A DNA stretch of 31,048 nt from IMG/VR virus record IMGVR_UViG_3300011339_000154, positions 1 through 31,048 of that record; one strand, given 5' to 3'. The position numbers were made by a program, and so were the translations under genes. Within the stretch, counting starts at the first letter, position 1; every line of letters begins with the position of its first letter. The notes under the pieces were generated by a model. That model did no database searches, was not told where the DNA came from, and saw only the letters and a list, made by a program, of their open reading frames with translations. Source of the stretch: a virus. Its lineage: Duplodnaviria; Caudoviricetes. This document shows, piece after piece, positions 17,832 through 25,961 of the stretch.

Positions 17832-18047
17832 TTATGTGTCCCAGTCCTCAGTTGATAATTTAATATTACAAAAATCTTGGTGCTCAGTGTTGACATGCTT
17901 ACGCATAAGGGCGCAAATGGCCTCGATCAATTTTCGGTCGACCATGTCTTTAATTGTGAGAGTCGCGAACGGTTCCGCGTCGATGCCCTCCGGTGAAAAC
18001 GCGTTACCCCGGTGAAACGTCACAATGGTTTTGTCGTAATGGGTCAT
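17832..18047 (-). CDS. Hypothetical early protein
   Basis: 71 aa, ATGA overlap with the upstream gene. Confidence 0.65.
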   Translation of the reverse strand: MTHYDKTIVTFHRGNAFSPEGIDAEPFATLTIKDMVDRKLIEAICALMRKHVNTEHQDFCNIKLSTEDWDT

Positions 18048-18223
18048 ATTTTTTTGATCCTATAGTCCGAAGGGTTAAAATCGGCCATGTGGCCATGCTT
18101 TACCGCGAAGGCCATGCTGCGCAAATGGTCCGCCAATTCGGCCGCCGCCGCGTCGCGTGTGTCGAATTGATCCCCGGTGTTTTCCCAGCCGTGTAGCATG
18201 CGGGTTTGTATTTCATAGGTCAT
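18044..18223 (-). CDS. Hypothetical early protein
   Basis: AAGGA RBS before MTYEIQTR at 18223; 59 aa. Confidence 0.65.
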   Translation of the reverse strand: MTYEIQTRMLHGWENTGDQFDTRDAAAAELADHLRSMAFAVKHGHMADFNPSDYRIKKI

Positions 18224-18234
18224 TTGGTTCCTTT

Positions 18235-18462
18235 TTAAATCGTGCAACATCCGCAGCATGGCGCATCTTCGCACCGGCCGCGCGCGTTACGTATAAAATG
18301 ACTGGCGCCATGCTCGCCGTAGAAAATGACGCGGGTGTCGCCCGGCTCTTCTAACCATGCGCGCCGCGTGATAGTGTCGAATTTAATATCATCGCCGGGG
18401 TTTATCCGGGCGCCGGACCGGCTGCAATGGCCGGGGAATTTTGCTCTCATGCTTTTTATCAT
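18235..18462 (-). CDS. Small protein with Cys-rich C-terminus (RCEDAPCCGCC)
   Basis: Start MIKSMRAKFPGHC at 18462 with ATGA overlap; 75 aa. Confidence 0.7.
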   Translation of the reverse strand: MIKSMRAKFPGHCSRSGARINPGDDIKFDTITRRAWLEEPGDTRVIFYGEHGASHFIRNARGRCEDAPCCGCCTI

Positions 18463-19217
18463 GCTGCAACCCCTATTGATATAACCCGGCGCTTGTGGCC
18501 GACGGCATGGTCCGCTATCACAATATCGCGCGCTTGCTTGCTTGTACCGGCGCAGAGTAAGCATGACGCGCACGTCGCGCGCTTGCCACCTTCGGCGCTG
18601 GCCGGGCATGTTGTCTCGCTTGCTTGCTTGTCAACGCCGATTGAAACCCTGAAAACCCGCATGCCGTACAAATTGGCCTGCGCTGCGTCGTCGATGCTAT
18701 CGGCGCTGGCCATCAATAGTGGACCCCATGCAGCATGATCAAAATTTGGGTTTTTCCATGCATGCGAATAACCCGAATGACCGGCCACAAATTTTACAAG
18801 CGCTTGCCAGTATTCCACCGGCGCCGCGAACGGGTCCCCATAGGTTCCGATTCTCAAGAGTAAACCGGCGATGACGCGCGCGATTGTGTCGGCGCTGGCG
18901 CGCTCGTACCGGCCGCGCTTGTATGCGTCGTAAACCGCCCGGACCGATCGGCCGACGTTCACGTAGCATGGGGGCTCGTCACTTTGGCCGGTTTTGATCA
19001 AATACGGCCGGTGGCCACAATCGCCGCAAATCGACACGTCGTCACCAGTCCGCAACGCTTCGGTCGGCGCGACGTCGGACCGGATAATAAATGTCTGGAC
19101 CATGGCGCCGGTTTTCGCATTGTCGGACCCGTCAATCTTGTTCACAATGACAACGATCGGCGAGCCATCGATCATCGATGGGCCTTCGTACAAAATATAG
19201 CCTAGGGGTTTTTTCAT
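18459..19217 (-). CDS. Cys-rich putative Fe-S protein (Gp88-like, radical-SAM-related)
   Basis: NAKTG, CGDCGH..CYV, RIGTYGDP, GYSH, CPA..CASCLLC motifs; family assignment from memory. Confidence 0.55.
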   Translation of the reverse strand: MKKPLGYILYEGPSMIDGSPIVVIVNKIDGSDNAKTGAMVQTFIIRSDVAPTEALRTGDDVSICGDCGHRPYLIKTGQSDEPPCYVNVGRSVRAVYDAYKRGRYERASADTIARVIAGLLLRIGTYGDPFAAPVEYWQALVKFVAGHSGYSHAWKNPNFDHAAWGPLLMASADSIDDAAQANLYGMRVFRVSIGVDKQASETTCPASAEGGKRATCASCLLCAGTSKQARDIVIADHAVGHKRRVISIGVAA

Positions 19218-19218
19218 A

Positions 19219-19314
19219 TCATTTCACCAGTACGTCAAAATAAGCAAGGGCGCCGACAAGCAAAGCGCCGGCGATGATGGCCACGGCCAATAAATCTAAT
19301 AATGCTTTTTTCAT
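19219..19314 (-). CDS. 31-aa membrane peptide
   Basis: Hand-translated MKKALLDLLAVAIIAGALLVGALAYFDVLVK*; AAGG upstream; stop 1 nt before the next ATG. Confidence 0.65.
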   Translation of the reverse strand: MKKALLDLLAVAIIAGALLVGALAYFDVLVK

Positions 19315-19336
19315 GTTGTTTTGCCTTTTAGTTAAT

Positions 19337-19355
19337 GGCCGGCGCAAAGCCGGCC
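19337..19355. other. Intergenic GC hairpin
   Basis: GGCCGGC-gcaaa-GCCGGCC, flanked on both sides by TTTAGTTAA. Confidence 0.5.
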
Positions 19356-19362
19356 GGTTTAG

Positions 19363-19551
19363 TTAAGCGATAAATTCAGGGTGATTTGTGACGCCGAATG
19401 CCAGGGCATGGGCGCGCAGCGCTTCGGCGCTTTTGTTGCTGCGTGCGGCGCGAATGAGCGCCGATATAGCGCGCGCCACATAGTCCGGACCTAAGCCGGC
19501 TGCGCTGTATTTTGTGATGATTTGCAATTCGCGAATTTCAGATTTTGTCAT
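19363..19551 (-). CDS. Hypothetical protein, first gene of the early operon
   Basis: 62 aa, TAAGGT RBS, directly downstream of the strong promoter. Confidence 0.7.
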   Translation of the reverse strand: MTKSEIRELQIITKYSAAGLGPDYVARAISALIRAARSNKSAEALRAHALAFGVTNHPEFIA

Positions 19552-19603
19552 TTTGTACCTTAGATTAGTTGAGTGTTTACCGGCGTTTTGTACCAGTGTA
19601 GCT

Positions 19604-19633
19604 ATTGTAAAGAATTGTTTTACATCGTGTCAA
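19604..19633 (-). promoter_or_regulatory. Strong sigma70-type early promoter with overlapping palindrome
   Basis: TTGACA (19628-19633)-18 nt-TACAAT (19604-19609); TGTAAA-N7-TTTACA at 19606-19624. Confidence 0.8.
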
Positions 19634-19668
19634 CACTTATTTGCAATGGCCTTCTAAACTGTAGGGCT

Positions 19669-20047
19669 TTGGGTCTTTTGGGTTATCAATTGGCCATGCT
19701 GGCGCGCCGATTGACCTAAGCGCCAGCCAGCGCAAATACTGGGATGCGGTATGCTTTGGGTCATTTGGGTCATGGTTTCCAATTAAGAAAATAAAAGATT
19801 TTGATATAAGGGTTAATACCTATAAAATCATGCACGGGTTGTCAACGCCGCTCCGGCCACCAATTTAAAAACGATGACCAAATGACCCAAATGACCCAAA
19901 GACCTAAATTCGACGCGCGCGCATGGCCCATGCTTTGGGTCACTTTGGCTATGCAAAATAAATGACCCAAATGACCCAATGGCCACCGGCCACCGGCGCC
20001 AGCTTGCAATTTAAAACCATGACCCAAATGACCCAAATGACCCAATG
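19669..20047. repeat. Bidirectional array of AAATGACCC/TGACCCA repeats (iteron-like; origin or packaging site)
   Basis: Ten exact TGACCCA copies (7 plus, 3 minus) and several degenerate ones, mostly in 9-bp tandem phase, around an AT-rich core at 19781-19830. Confidence 0.85.
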
Positions 20048-20156
20048 GCTGCGCGGCCGGTCCGCCGGCTGGCGCCATGGCCGGTGGCATGCGGCTGGGT
20101 GGCCCCGGGCAGGGCCGGCGGCAAAGGGCCGTCAGAAACGTACGGGTCGTGAACAA

Positions 20157-20191
20157 TTTTTTTATCTACAAATTTTTTTTTCTTGTAGAAT
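20157..20191 (+). promoter_or_regulatory. Candidate late promoter/operator upstream of terminase
   Basis: T-tracts, TCTACAA-N11-TTGTAGA inverted repeat (20165-20189) and -10-like TAGAAT (20186-20191); no canonical -35. Confidence 0.4.
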
Positions 20192-20221
20192 CCAGACACG
20201 TGCAAAAAGCATGGAGAGCAA

Positions 20222-20659
20222 ATGTTCTACTCGATTCCATTTACACCGCGCAAGGTCGAAGCAACAGAGTCGCGCTTGAAGGCGGTATATGACGCGGCCA
20301 AACTTGGCCTTAAGGGCGATACCTTGGCGCTTGCCGCTGGCATGCTGCCCACCGAATATCGACAACTTACGCAACTTGACCCCGTGGTTGAGATGGCTGC
20401 GCAAAAGGGCAAGGCAGATGGCGAGATAGAACTCTCCCGAGTCATGCACGCCGCCGCGCTAGAAGGCGACGCTAAGATGGCGTTAGAAATCCTCAAACAT
20501 CAACACGGCTGGGTGGCCAAGCAGGCCATATCTGTCGAAGTGGATCAGCGCATCTCCATCACTGGCGCGCTGGCCGAGGCGACTAAGCGAGCGCTGACAG
20601 TAGAAGACGCCAACATAATCGAGCCAACAATTCATGCAATCGACCATATACAGCGCTGA
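20222..20659 (+). CDS. terS: Terminase small subunit (putative)
   Basis: 145 aa with an N-terminal HTH-like region, GGAG RBS, overlapping the large subunit start. Confidence 0.7.
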   Translation: MFYSIPFTPRKVEATESRLKAVYDAAKLGLKGDTLALAAGMLPTEYRQLTQLDPVVEMAAQKGKADGEIELSRVMHAAALEGDAKMALEILKHQHGWVAKQAISVEVDQRISITGALAEATKRALTVEDANIIEPTIHAIDHIQR

Positions 20660-22160
20660 AGACGAACAGGAACTCATGGCGCGGCTATGGGCGCCAGCGA
20701 TCAAGGACAACCCGCTTGCGTTTGTAATGTTTGCGTTTCCTTGGGGTCAACCAGGCACACCGCTAGAGCATTTCAAAGGCCCACGCAAATGGCAACGTGA
20801 GGTCTTGCAAGAGATTACCGACCACATCCAAGCTAACAAAGGCAAGCTAGACTTCAATACCTTGAGACACGCCGTCAGTTCTGGCCGTGGTATTGGTAAA
20901 TCGGCGTTAGTCTCATGGATCACAATTTGGATGCTCACAACCCGCATCGGCTCGACGACCATCATCTCGGCTAACAGTGAGTCTCAGCTACGCTCGGTCA
21001 CATGGGCCGAGATTACCAAGTGGTTAGCGACTGCCATCAACAGCCATTGGTTTGAAGTCTCGGCGACAAGGGTCATGCCAGCCAAGTGGCTCACCGAATT
21101 GGTCGAGCGTGATCTTAAGAAAGGCACACGCTACTGGGGCGTGGAAGGGCGCTTGTGGTCAGCGGAAAATCCCGACGCCTATGCGGGTGTCCACAACTTC
21201 GACGGTGTGCTGGTTGTGTTTGACGAGGCGTCAGGTATTGAAGACAGCATATGGGCGGTGACAAGTGGATTCTTTACAGAAAACACGCCTAACCGTTTCT
21301 GGATGGCGTTCTCTAACCCACGGCGCAACACTGGGTATTTCTACGAAGCGTTTAACAGCAAACGGGAATTCTGGATAACCAAGGTGGTTGACGCCCGAAC
21401 GGTCGAAGGCACGGACAAGCAGGTCTATCAGCAGATCATCGACGAATACGGCGCTGACTCTAGTCAGGCGCACGTCGAGGTGTACGGTCAGTTTCCCTCG
21501 GAAGGCGACGATCAGTTCATATCAGCCAACTTGGTAGATGAAGCAATGAAGCGGCCTAAGTATCAAGACCAAAGCGCGCCAATAGTGATCGGCGTAGACC
21601 CCGCCCGCTTTGGCGCGGATGCAACAGTCATCGCGGTTAGGCAAGGGCGGGACATTATTGCTATCCAGCGCCATCGGGGCGACGACACCATGACGGTGGT
21701 TGGCCATGTGATTGAGGCGATTGAGCAGTACAAGCCCACGCTAGTTGTGATCGACGAGGGCGGCCTTGGGGCGGGTATTGTTGACCGTTTGAAGGAGCAA
21801 AGGTACAAAATCAAAGGTGTCAACTTTGGCAATAAATCAACGAATCCAATCATGTATGGCAACAAAAGGGCCGAAATGTGGGGCAAAATGAAGGATTGGT
21901 TGAAAACTGCTTCAATCCCGCTTGACAGGTTTCTTAAAACTGATTTAATTTCGCCTATGATGAAGCCCGACTCTAAGGGTACTATTTTCTTGGAGTCGAA
22001 AAAGGACATGAAGGCACGCGGACTGGCCTCGCCAGACGCGGCAGACGCGATCTGCGTGACTTTTGCCTTTGCCGTGGCCCACCGTGAGGCGCGTGAACCC
22101 ACGCAGCGCCGCATGTACAGTGACAGAAGCGTGGTCAACACATCTTGGATGGGGTCGTAA
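20634..22160 (+). CDS. terL: Terminase large subunit
   Basis: Walker A SGRGIGKS, Walker B VFDEAS, SNP, nuclease GVDPARFGAD and SPDAADA. Confidence 0.95.
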   Translation: MQSTIYSAEDEQELMARLWAPAIKDNPLAFVMFAFPWGQPGTPLEHFKGPRKWQREVLQEITDHIQANKGKLDFNTLRHAVSSGRGIGKSALVSWITIWMLTTRIGSTTIISANSESQLRSVTWAEITKWLATAINSHWFEVSATRVMPAKWLTELVERDLKKGTRYWGVEGRLWSAENPDAYAGVHNFDGVLVVFDEASGIEDSIWAVTSGFFTENTPNRFWMAFSNPRRNTGYFYEAFNSKREFWITKVVDARTVEGTDKQVYQQIIDEYGADSSQAHVEVYGQFPSEGDDQFISANLVDEAMKRPKYQDQSAPIVIGVDPARFGADATVIAVRQGRDIIAIQRHRGDDTMTVVGHVIEAIEQYKPTLVVIDEGGLGAGIVDRLKEQRYKIKGVNFGNKSTNPIMYGNKRAEMWGKMKDWLKTASIPLDRFLKTDLISPMMKPDSKGTIFLESKKDMKARGLASPDAADAICVTFAFAVAHREAREPTQRRMYSDRSVVNTSWMGS

Positions 22161-22417
22161 TGGCTAAAAAGTCAGTATCACTGTCAGTCGGACGCGGCGA
22201 AAAGTTGCCGGTGTCTAAGGGTGCTGGCCTGACAGCCAAAGGGCGTGAGAAGTACAACGCTGCCACTGGTTCTAACTTGAAGGCGCCAGCGCCTAACCCC
22301 AAGACTAAAGCAGACCAAGGCCGCAAAGATTCATTTTGTGCAAGGATGGGCGCAGTAGCGGCCAACGCCAAGGATGGCGAACGCGCTAAAGCAGCTCTTA
22401 AACGATGGAAGTGTTGA
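22160..22417 (+). CDS. Small basic protein (DUF6321-like)
   Basis: GLTAKGR..NLKAP..RKDSFCARM..ALKRWKC; TAATG coupling. Confidence 0.7.
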   Translation: MAKKSVSLSVGRGEKLPVSKGAGLTAKGREKYNAATGSNLKAPAPNPKTKADQGRKDSFCARMGAVAANAKDGERAKAALKRWKC

Positions 22418-22418
22418 T

Positions 22419-22571
22419 ATGGCGACTAAACCCGGACTCTATGCAAATATTCATGCAAAACAGGCTCGCATAGCTGCTGGCAGCAAAGAGAAAATGCGCC
22501 AGCCTGGTGCCAAAGGCGCACCGACAGCCAAGGACTTCAAAGACTCGGCCAAGACAGCCAAGAAGAAGTAA
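22419..22571 (+). CDS. Small basic Lys/Ala-rich protein
   Basis: MATKPGLYANIHAK...KGAPTAKDFKDSAKTAKKK, 50 aa. Confidence 0.7.
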   Translation: MATKPGLYANIHAKQARIAAGSKEKMRQPGAKGAPTAKDFKDSAKTAKKK

Positions 22572-22573
22572 TC

Positions 22574-22711
22574 ATGCCACTTGTCAAATCCAAATCACCC
22601 GAAGCCTTCCGCAAGAACGTCAAAGCTGAAGTCAAAGCTGGCAAACCAGTCAAGCAGGCCGTGGCAATTGCCTATGCTGTCAAAAGAGCCGCACCGGCCA
22701 AGAAGAAATGA
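22574..22711 (+). CDS. Small basic protein, 45 aa
   Basis: Hand-translated MPLVKSKSPEAFRKNVKAEVKAGKPVKQAVAIAYAVKRAAPAKKK*; ATGA overlap with groES. Confidence 0.7.
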   Translation: MPLVKSKSPEAFRKNVKAEVKAGKPVKQAVAIAYAVKRAAPAKKK

Positions 22712-22941
22712 AAGCACTGCAAAACTGCATCATCATTGAGCGCGATGTGGACAAGCACCCCTTGTTTGTGCTGCCTCAGACTGAGAAGCTAGGTACTGGC
22801 ATTGCTGTTGCGATTGGCCCAAAATGCCTAGACATCAAAGTTGGTGACCATGTATACTTCGATGTAGGGCAAGAATTCAAACAAGATGGCAAAGACTATG
22901 TCATCATGCGTGAGCCTCATATTTTAGGGGTTTTGGAATGA
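22708..22941 (+). CDS. groES: GroES-like co-chaperonin
   Basis: GIAVAIGP..IKVGDHVYF..DGKDYVIMREPHILGVL matches the Cpn10 pattern. Confidence 0.8.
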   Translation: MKALQNCIIIERDVDKHPLFVLPQTEKLGTGIAVAIGPKCLDIKVGDHVYFDVGQEFKQDGKDYVIMREPHILGVLE

Positions 22942-25118
22942 ATGATCCTACTGGTATTGTTGCAGCGGCTAACGTAGCGGCTGGCGGTAAGCCTAAAAAG
23001 AGCGATTCAGATATATTGACGACCGCCCGTTCGCGGTTGGACATGGCCGTCTCCGCTTTGGCTGAAAGCCGCGAAGACGAAATTGACGATCTGCGCTTTT
23101 ATGCTGGATCTCCCGACAATCATTGGCAGTGGCCTGCTGACGTTTTGGCCACTCGCGGCGCGGTGCAAGGTCAGACTATTAACGCCCGCCCAACACTAAC
23201 AATTAACAAGCTGCCGCAACACGTTCGTCAAGTAACGAATGACATGCGTCAGAACCGCCCAGGCGCACGGGTCATCCCAGTCGATGACGACGCTGACGTG
23301 GAAGTGGCAGACATTTTTAACGGCATGATTCGCCACATTGAGTACATGAGCGATGCTGATGTTGCCTATGACACGGCGTGTGAGAATCAAGTTGCCTACG
23401 GCGAGGGTTACATCACCCTGATGACCGAGTATTGTGATGAGAACACATTCGATCAGGACATCAAGATTGGCCGTGTGCGTAACTCCTTCTCGGTCTACAT
23501 GGATCCTCTGATCCAAGACCCAACGGGTGCGGATGCAACGTATTGCTTTATCACCGAAGACCTGACCAAAGCAGAATATGAGCGCCAGTATCCCGATGCC
23601 GCGCCTATTTCTACCTTGCAGTCGCTCGGTGTGGGTGACCAGTCAATCAGTAACTGGCTCAATGAAGACACAGTGCGTATTGCGGGTTATTACTACATTG
23701 AATACGACACAACCAAGCTGAATTTGTACCCCGGCAACCAGTCGGCCTTTGAAGGCACGCCTGAAGACAAGATGCTCAAGGACATGTTTGGCAAAGCCAT
23801 CAAGTCGCGCGAGTCTGAACGCCCACGGGTAATGTATTGCAAGATCAACGGCTACGAAATCCTTGAACAAAAAGAATGGGCTGGCAAATGGATTCCTGTG
23901 ATCCGTGTTGTTGGCAACGAATTCGAGGTTGATGGCCGTTTGTATGTCTCTGGTCTTGTGCGTAACGCCAAAGATGCCCAGCGCATGTACAACTATTGGG
24001 TGTCTCAGGAAGCTGAGATGCTGGCTTTGGCTCCCAAGGCTCCGTTCATTGGCTATGGTGGCCAGTTCGAGGGCTATGAGGACAAGTGGAAGACAGCCAA
24101 CACAAACAACTGGCCTTACCTTGAAGTAAATCCTGACGTTACAGACGGCCAAGGTGCAGTCTTGCCACTACCCCAGCGGGCACAACCGCCAATGGCCTCT
24201 AGCGGTCTATTGCAGGCCAAGGCAGGCGCATCTGAGGACATTAAGTCAACAACTGGCCAATATAACGCATCACTCGGCATGGGAAGCAACGAACGCTCTG
24301 GTAAAGCCATTCTGGCCCGCCAACGTGAGGGTGACGTAGGTACTTTCCACTATGGTGACAACCTGACCCGTGCCGTGCGCCATGTGGCTCGTCAGTTGGT
24401 GGACTTAATTCCCAAGATTTACGACACTCAGCGCATTGCTCGCATCATTGGTGAAGACGGCGAGACTAAGATGGTCAAGATCAACCCTGACCAGCCGCAA
24501 CCCGTCAACAAGATTGTCAACGAGCAGGGTATTGTGATCGAGAAGATTTACAACCCTGGTGTTGGCAAGTACGATGTGGTGGCCACGACTGGCCCAGGCT
24601 ACGCAACCAAGCGCCAAGAGGCCTTGGAAGCCATGGCTCAACTGCTTCAGGGTAATCCCCAACTGTGGTCTGTGGCTGGCGACTTGTTTGTTAAGAACAT
24701 GGACTGGCCTGGCGCGCAGGAAATGTCTAAGCGCTTTGCCAAGACCATTGATCCTAAGTTCTTGTCGGACGGCGAGGACGATCCAGCATTGCAGGCAGCG
24801 CAGCAACAGATTCAGGCCATGGGTGCTGAGATGGAGCAGATGCACCAGATGATCCAGAATGTCGGCAAATCAATTGAGATGCAGGACTTGGAGCGCAAGG
24901 ACTTTGAGGCTCAGATCAAGCTGTACGATGCCGAAACCAAGCGTATTGCTGCGGTGCAGGCCGGTATGACCGAAGAGCAGATCCAAGACATCGCCATGGG
25001 CGTGGTCGCGGCGGCCATGGAGTCGCAGAGCATGATGAACCAGATGCCTGAGATGCGTGAAGAACCTATGGCCATGGAAGAACAACAAATGATGCCCCCA
25101 CAAGGAATGCCACAATGA
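22938..25118 (+). CDS. Portal protein, P22-like
   Basis: 726 aa; DLRFY..QW, RPTLTINKL, RNAKDAQRMYNYW, SGKAILARQ and a Gln/Met-rich C-terminal barrel helix. Confidence 0.92.
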   Translation: MNDPTGIVAAANVAAGGKPKKSDSDILTTARSRLDMAVSALAESREDEIDDLRFYAGSPDNHWQWPADVLATRGAVQGQTINARPTLTINKLPQHVRQVTNDMRQNRPGARVIPVDDDADVEVADIFNGMIRHIEYMSDADVAYDTACENQVAYGEGYITLMTEYCDENTFDQDIKIGRVRNSFSVYMDPLIQDPTGADATYCFITEDLTKAEYERQYPDAAPISTLQSLGVGDQSISNWLNEDTVRIAGYYYIEYDTTKLNLYPGNQSAFEGTPEDKMLKDMFGKAIKSRESERPRVMYCKINGYEILEQKEWAGKWIPVIRVVGNEFEVDGRLYVSGLVRNAKDAQRMYNYWVSQEAEMLALAPKAPFIGYGGQFEGYEDKWKTANTNNWPYLEVNPDVTDGQGAVLPLPQRAQPPMASSGLLQAKAGASEDIKSTTGQYNASLGMGSNERSGKAILARQREGDVGTFHYGDNLTRAVRHVARQLVDLIPKIYDTQRIARIIGEDGETKMVKINPDQPQPVNKIVNEQGIVIEKIYNPGVGKYDVVATTGPGYATKRQEALEAMAQLLQGNPQLWSVAGDLFVKNMDWPGAQEMSKRFAKTIDPKFLSDGEDDPALQAAQQQIQAMGAEMEQMHQMIQNVGKSIEMQDLERKDFEAQIKLYDAETKRIAAVQAGMTEEQIQDIAMGVVAAAMESQSMMNQMPEMREEPMAMEEQQMMPPQGMPQ

Positions 25119-25477
25119 AAGCGAATGAATTTTTAGGCTTGCTGTTCCTAGCCCGTGACGTTGCGCACAGTGTTCACCTGAACACCCGCAGTTTCAGCAA
25201 GCATGAAGCGCTCAACATCTTCTACAACCGCATCATTGGTGCGGCTGATGACTTTGCTGAAGCCTACCAAGGCCGCTACGGTTTGATTGGCCCTATCACC
25301 CTGCATTCGGCCAAAAAGACGGCTAATATCATCGAATTCCTGCAAGATTCGCTTGCTGAAATTGAAGCCGCAAGATACGATGTGTGTGATAAATCAGACT
25401 CATCACTGCAACAATTGATAGATAATATCGTTGAGATATATCTTCGCACGCTGTACAAGCTCAAATTCTTGGCATAA
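25115..25477 (+). CDS. Ferritin/Dps-like four-helix protein (DUF5856-like)
   Basis: HSVHLNT..SKHEAL..DDFAEAYQG...YKLKFL pattern. Confidence 0.6.
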   Translation: MKANEFLGLLFLARDVAHSVHLNTRSFSKHEALNIFYNRIIGAADDFAEAYQGRYGLIGPITLHSAKKTANIIEFLQDSLAEIEAARYDVCDKSDSSLQQLIDNIVEIYLRTLYKLKFLA

Positions 25478-25483
25478 GGAAAT

Positions 25484-25795
25484 ATGATGGAACTACTCAA
25501 CCCGATGAGCAAAGCGGATTTCCCCGCTTACACCGCAACAGCTGGCGCAAGTGCAGGCAACACAACCGCATGGAACGCTGGCCCTCAAGGCGTTTTGGTT
25601 TGGTGCGAAGTGCCTTGCTACGTTGAAGTTGGTGTGGGTGCTGTTGCTACTAGCGCCAGCACACCAATTCCAGCTTACACGCCAATTCCTTTTGTTCTGA
25701 CACTCAGTTCAAACGGCTCTCCTTGGCGCGTCAGTGTGCTGCGAATTGGTAGCACAGACGGCACTGCGTACTGCAAACCTATCAACAAGCAATGA
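25484..25795 (+). CDS. Putative virion protein
   Basis: 103 aa, Ala/Thr/Gly-rich beta protein, TAAGGA RBS. Confidence 0.6.
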   Translation: MMELLNPMSKADFPAYTATAGASAGNTTAWNAGPQGVLVWCEVPCYVEVGVGAVATSASTPIPAYTPIPFVLTLSSNGSPWRVSVLRIGSTDGTAYCKPINKQ

Positions 25796-25956
25796 GCTTT
25801 GGTGTCGCCCTTCGCAATTCGGTGGCCATTGGCCTAGCGGGTATTGTCACGCTGTTTTCAGGCACACGCGACAGTGGTGGCTCGGTGGGCAACCTTCTTA
25901 CCGAATCTGGCGACAACCTCGTCCAAGAGGACGGTGGACAAATTCTTTTGGAGTGA
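25792..25956 (+). CDS. Small putative virion protein, 54 aa
   Basis: Hand-translated MSFGVALRNSVAIGLAGIVTLFSG...NLLTESGDNLVQEDGGQILLE*; ATGA overlap. Confidence 0.65.
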   Translation: MSFGVALRNSVAIGLAGIVTLFSGTRDSGGSVGNLLTESGDNLVQEDGGQILLE

Positions 25957-25961
25957 CCTAA

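Noticed and set aside
19669-20047. Repeat array as a CRISPR array
   Set aside because: Units are 9 bp, tandem and in both orientations, with no 25-45 bp repeats or unique spacers.
19842-20449. ORFs across the repeat region (MTQMTQ..., GHLGHL...)
   Set aside because: Periodic peptides are by-products of the 9-bp repeat; several overlap in conflicting frames with no clear RBS.
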